Source of the DNA: Spirochaetaceae bacterium
GTDB lineage: Bacteria; Spirochaetota; Spirochaetia; DSM-2461
Assembly: GCA_051531975.1 (NCBI GenBank)
Contig: JAOPTT010000009.1
Coordinates: forward strand, 160,001-224,000
Direction: 5' to 3'
Length of the DNA stretch: 64,000 nt
Positions 60,661 through 64,000 of this stretch are shown here, in pieces. Below the pieces are notes generated by a model that worked only from the letters and a program-made list of their open reading frames with translations, had not been told where the DNA came from and ran no database searches. Each line of letters opens with the position of its first letter. Position 1 is the stretch's first letter. The position numbers and the translations under genes were made by a program.

Positions 60661-61440
60661 TTAAATCGTGATGTTCTTTATTTGCTGCATAAAACAATTG
60701 ATATCAAGAGTTCTTTTATAATCAGAAATATGTTTATAGATAACATCTGAAGTATAAATCCTTTCTGTACCATTATATTTAAATGTATATTCGACTGTAT
60801 GTTCAGTACGATAATGACTTCTATGACTAAATGTTCTTGTAAGATATGTATTGATACTCCATGTAATATCATTTTTATTCTCTAGAGTTAAGGTCCCATT
60901 AAACCAATTTTCTGCAAAACTTATTAGCCTAAGGTTTCCATCCTCCCTACGACTGACTTCTTTATTCAATATGTCGGTTAGATCAAAATTAACTTCTAAA
61001 TTCCCATGGGTGTCAAAACTATCTGATATTGTTTTAAAAAGTGGTATTAGAGTAAAACCTACGTCATAGGGGAAATGTATTAGTTTAAATCGTAATAATT
61101 GTATTAAATAATAAAAACTTGTTAAAAACATAACTACTGAAATATTTCTGATAAATAGTGAAAAATCATAGGCTTTTGCAATATGTGCATATCCTAAACT
61201 ATTTAATAAAAGTCTTATTATAGTAGTTCCTGTAATTAATATTATAATACTCGCAATTAACAAACGAATTAGCTTCTTTTTAATTTTTTTTCTCTTTTTC
61301 TCAAAACCTTCGATAATTATTAAAGAACTAAGAAATCCTTTAATTGTAGTTTTAATATTTAGCTTCGATGTTGATGCAAATTCTATATATTTAGTATCTA
61401 ATTTTTTTACTGACTTAACCTCATTATTAAATATACTCAT
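60661..61440 (-). CDS. Hypothetical membrane protein
   Basis: 259-aa ORF with two TM segments. Confidence 0.6.
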   Translation of the reverse strand: MSIFNNEVKSVKKLDTKYIEFASTSKLNIKTTIKGFLSSLIIIEGFEKKRKKIKKKLIRLLIASIIILITGTTIIRLLLNSLGYAHIAKAYDFSLFIRNISVVMFLTSFYYLIQLLRFKLIHFPYDVGFTLIPLFKTISDSFDTHGNLEVNFDLTDILNKEVSRREDGNLRLISFAENWFNGTLTLENKNDITWSINTYLTRTFSHRSHYRTEHTVEYTFKYNGTERIYTSDVIYKHISDYKRTLDINCFMQQIKNITI

Positions 61441-61476
61441 ATTTAAATAATATTATACGAAATACTAAATTACAAA

Positions 61477-62727
61477 TTAAGTTTTATCAGCATCGTCTTT
61501 TTCTTTTTTTATACCAATAAGAAATGGGACAGTAGAAAAAAGTGCGATACTACCTACAATATACCCTAAACTTATCGAAAAGAGTTTTGATATTAGTCCT
61601 AAACCTGGTTGTCCAATCATACCTCCAGTATTTCCAATTAAAGAATCAAATGATAACACTGTGGCTCTTTTCTCTTTAGGAATTAACTGATGTATATATC
61701 CTTGTTTTATTGGAGCGAATATTCCCCAGAAAAACATTAAAAGAAAAAATGAAATAAGAGCCATCATAAAACTTTTTGATAAACCGATCGAGATAGAAAA
61801 AAGACCTAATAATGCTCCGGAAGTAATTAAAATAGTTGTTCTATATTTAACTTTTGTTATTAAATTTCCAACAAGAGAATTCCCTGATATCTGGGCTAAT
61901 GCAATACCTGCAGCAATAAAACCAGATACCCATACAGCATCTCTACTTCCTAATAGATCTAGAAAATATGGTTGTGATGCATAAAATCCCCACATCATAA
62001 ATATTGAGTGGAAAAAAGAGACTATAATTAATAACCTGACAGATTTTCTTTTCCATCCAAATTTAATTGAATCTTTTGTTAATCTTTTAAGATGTATGAA
62101 ATAACTCTCTTTGTTACCCAGTGGGGTAAATCCTATTTCCTTCATATTAAAAACTGCAAATATAAAAAGCAAAATTAAAGCTATAGCACGGGCAATATAA
62201 GGTATACTCAGATTGATATAACCCATTAAACCACCACTTATGGTTCCTAAGATCATAGCAACACCCGAAATAGATGCTCCTTTAGAAAAAACTGTATCAA
62301 GTTTTCCTTTGTACCCTCTAAAATCAAGTTCATCAACTATCCACGCTTCAACTGCACCTGAGTAAAATGTAAAACCAAGACCCATAACTATTGAAAAGAT
62401 ACTAAAAAACAGGATTCCTCCATTTAATACCGAGGAAAAATAATAACCAGCAGTTCCAATAAAAAGTACTATCGTTGAAACAAGAAAAGAGTACCGTCTA
62501 CCTTTTGTATCTGCAAATACTCCTGTTGGTATTTCGAACAAAGACATTCCTGCTGCAAATATGGCATTAACTATAAATACACCTAATATATCCAGACCTG
62601 AGTCCAGTAGAAAAAGTGTATTTATTCCCCAAATAAATGATGCAGAAAAAGTATAAAGGCTACTTATTATATAATAGCTAACAGTAATGTTTTTGATTTT
62701 ATTATCGTTTTCTAAAATGTTTGACAT
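61477..62727 (-). CDS. MFS transporter
   Basis: FEIPTGVFADTKGRR, SGA.EAW, RATVLS; ~12 TM segments. Confidence 0.9.
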   Translation of the reverse strand: MSNILENDNKIKNITVSYYIISSLYTFSASFIWGINTLFLLDSGLDILGVFIVNAIFAAGMSLFEIPTGVFADTKGRRYSFLVSTIVLFIGTAGYYFSSVLNGGILFFSIFSIVMGLGFTFYSGAVEAWIVDELDFRGYKGKLDTVFSKGASISGVAMILGTISGGLMGYINLSIPYIARAIALILLFIFAVFNMKEIGFTPLGNKESYFIHLKRLTKDSIKFGWKRKSVRLLIIVSFFHSIFMMWGFYASQPYFLDLLGSRDAVWVSGFIAAGIALAQISGNSLVGNLITKVKYRTTILITSGALLGLFSISIGLSKSFMMALISFFLLMFFWGIFAPIKQGYIHQLIPKEKRATVLSFDSLIGNTGGMIGQPGLGLISKLFSISLGYIVGSIALFSTVPFLIGIKKEKDDADKT

Positions 62728-62778
62728 CTCATCCTACTTTTATTATAAGTATTTATCTCATAAAGATCATGAAGATAA

Positions 62779-63351
62779 TTATTTTAGTTTTACAGCCGTA
62801 CCATAAGCAAGTAATTCTGCTGCACTACCAATTACACTGGTTGTCATAAAACGGACATTGATAATTGCATCTGCTCCAAGTTCTTCTGCTTCGTCAATCA
62901 TTCTTTTAGTAGCGAGTTTTCTGGCTTTACCCATCATATCTGTATATTCAAGCAGTTCCCCTCCTAAGATCAAACGAATCATGGAAGAGAGATCCTTTCC
63001 AATCCAAATGGCATAGATGGTATGCCCTTTAACAAGTCCCAGATTCTTTTCTATCTCTTTCCCTGGAATTTCACTAGAGTTCTGAATACTGACTTTTCTT
63101 TCTGTTTCATCAAAGGTTAAAACTTCCGCTTCACTTTTTTTTCCTCCCTGTTCAGCAGCCACTGTAATAAGAACAAGAAACAGACCACCCAGAAAGCAAT
63201 AAATAGCTACTTTCAGCCAAGGGGGAAGTGTTTCATCCTGGTAGATATACCAGGGCATGCCAACAAAAAACAGAACAAAAATCCCTCCAATAAAACCAAG
63301 GGAACCTAATAATCTAAAAAATTTAATAAGAGTCAATCCAACTTTATTCAT
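62779..63351 (-). CDS. YbjQ/UPF0145 family protein with N-terminal TM hairpin
   Basis: GGEL.EYT, LGADAIINVRF, ELLAYGTAV; start at 63351 after GGAGG. Confidence 0.85.
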   Translation of the reverse strand: MNKVGLTLIKFFRLLGSLGFIGGIFVLFFVGMPWYIYQDETLPPWLKVAIYCFLGGLFLVLITVAAEQGGKKSEAEVLTFDETERKVSIQNSSEIPGKEIEKNLGLVKGHTIYAIWIGKDLSSMIRLILGGELLEYTDMMGKARKLATKRMIDEAEELGADAIINVRFMTTSVIGSAAELLAYGTAVKLK

Positions 63352-63525
63352 TTTAATACCCTCCACCTAAATTATAGTTTAAGCTGATATAAAAAGGGGT
63401 GAATTATTATGGGCTAAATCAGTATCTAATTATTTCTTAACTCATTATTGGTAGCATCATTAACTTTTTTATATATATGAACTTCTTGGTTCATTATAAA
63501 CTATAATAAAAATAGAAGGTACAAT

Positions 63526-64000
63526 ATGAAATCTATAACTATGATTTGTTTCTTTATAATAATGACATTATCTTTCTCTCTTATGGCTCAGTCATATCAG
63601 GGAGGAGGAAGAAATTCCGGTAGATCAGGAGGGTTGTTTTCTGTTGCCAATCCAGCAAAAGCCGGAAGAGTTGTTACAATCGGAGGACGTCTTTCACCTG
63701 CTTTAAAAATAAGTCATACAGTGTCTGTTTCTGGTTATATAGAAACCATACTTGTAAAAGTAGGAGATAGGGTTTATGTCGGACAGCCACTAATAAGGAT
63801 AACAAGAAATGTTGCGGGAGAAACATTTCTTCCTGTAATAATTGAATCCCGTATAAAAGGTGTTGTATCTGAAGTTAATGTTTTTGAAAAACAAGAAGTC
63901 AACACAGGAACTCCTGCTGTAACAATACTTGATAATTCAAGCTTTCTATTAATAACAAGCCTAAGCGACCGGGATACCCAGGCTATAAGAAATCTCGGGG
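63526..64000 (+). CDS. Efflux RND/ABC periplasmic adaptor (lipoyl-like domains), 3' partial
   Basis: Own translation (absent from the ORF track): signal peptide; SGYIETILVKVGDRV..GQPL and IESRIKGVVSEV barrel-sandwich motifs. Confidence 0.7.
   Translation, partial: MKSITMICFFIIMTLSFSLMAQSYQGGGRNSGRSGGLFSVANPAKAGRVVTIGGRLSPALKISHTVSVSGYIETILVKVGDRVYVGQPLIRITRNVAGETFLPVIIESRIKGVVSEVNVFEKQEVNTGTPAVTILDNSSFLLITSLSDRDTQAIRNLG

Noticed and set aside
64..61069. Numerous 60-190 aa antisense or overlapping ORFs in the track
   Set aside because: They are shadows of well-supported genes and have no recognisable motifs.

Overview
AT-rich bacterial chromosomal segment, probably from a free-living spirochaete (Spirochaetaceae-like). 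That assignment is an inference from the 'xFS-NGNKE' N-terminus of a sugar-binding protein and the TetR/LolD/FtsX/LolA-like operon. From left to right: (1-31.4 kb) mixed core genes: partial HMT/MTHFR, serine hydrolase, PleD-like diguanylate cyclase, a TetR-controlled LolCDE-like ABC operon with a duplicated permease pair, an MFS-HEAT fusion, an orphan adenine MTase, a YciO / K+ channel-hemerythrin / glutaredoxin operon, an ECF sigma operon, TetR plus a lactonase-like lipoprotein, and sufBCDSE-T. (31.8-58.2 kb) a ~26-kb glycan-utilisation island: sulfatase, sugar ABC transporter, GH89-ROK-MurQ fusion, GH151-like fucosidase, two UroD-fold proteins and six AraC regulators. (58.3-60.0 kb) hipBA with a 4x39-bp operator-like array, followed by membrane and transport genes. 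The most notable unannotated signal is a ~130-150-bp non-coding element present three times, at the edges of the island and of hipBA. Each copy has an ECF/sigmaE-type promoter, a ~70-nt body complementary to a Shine-Dalgarno plus start region, and an intrinsic terminator, so it is a candidate multicopy sRNA family. No rRNA, tRNA, CRISPR array, integrase or transposase was recognised.
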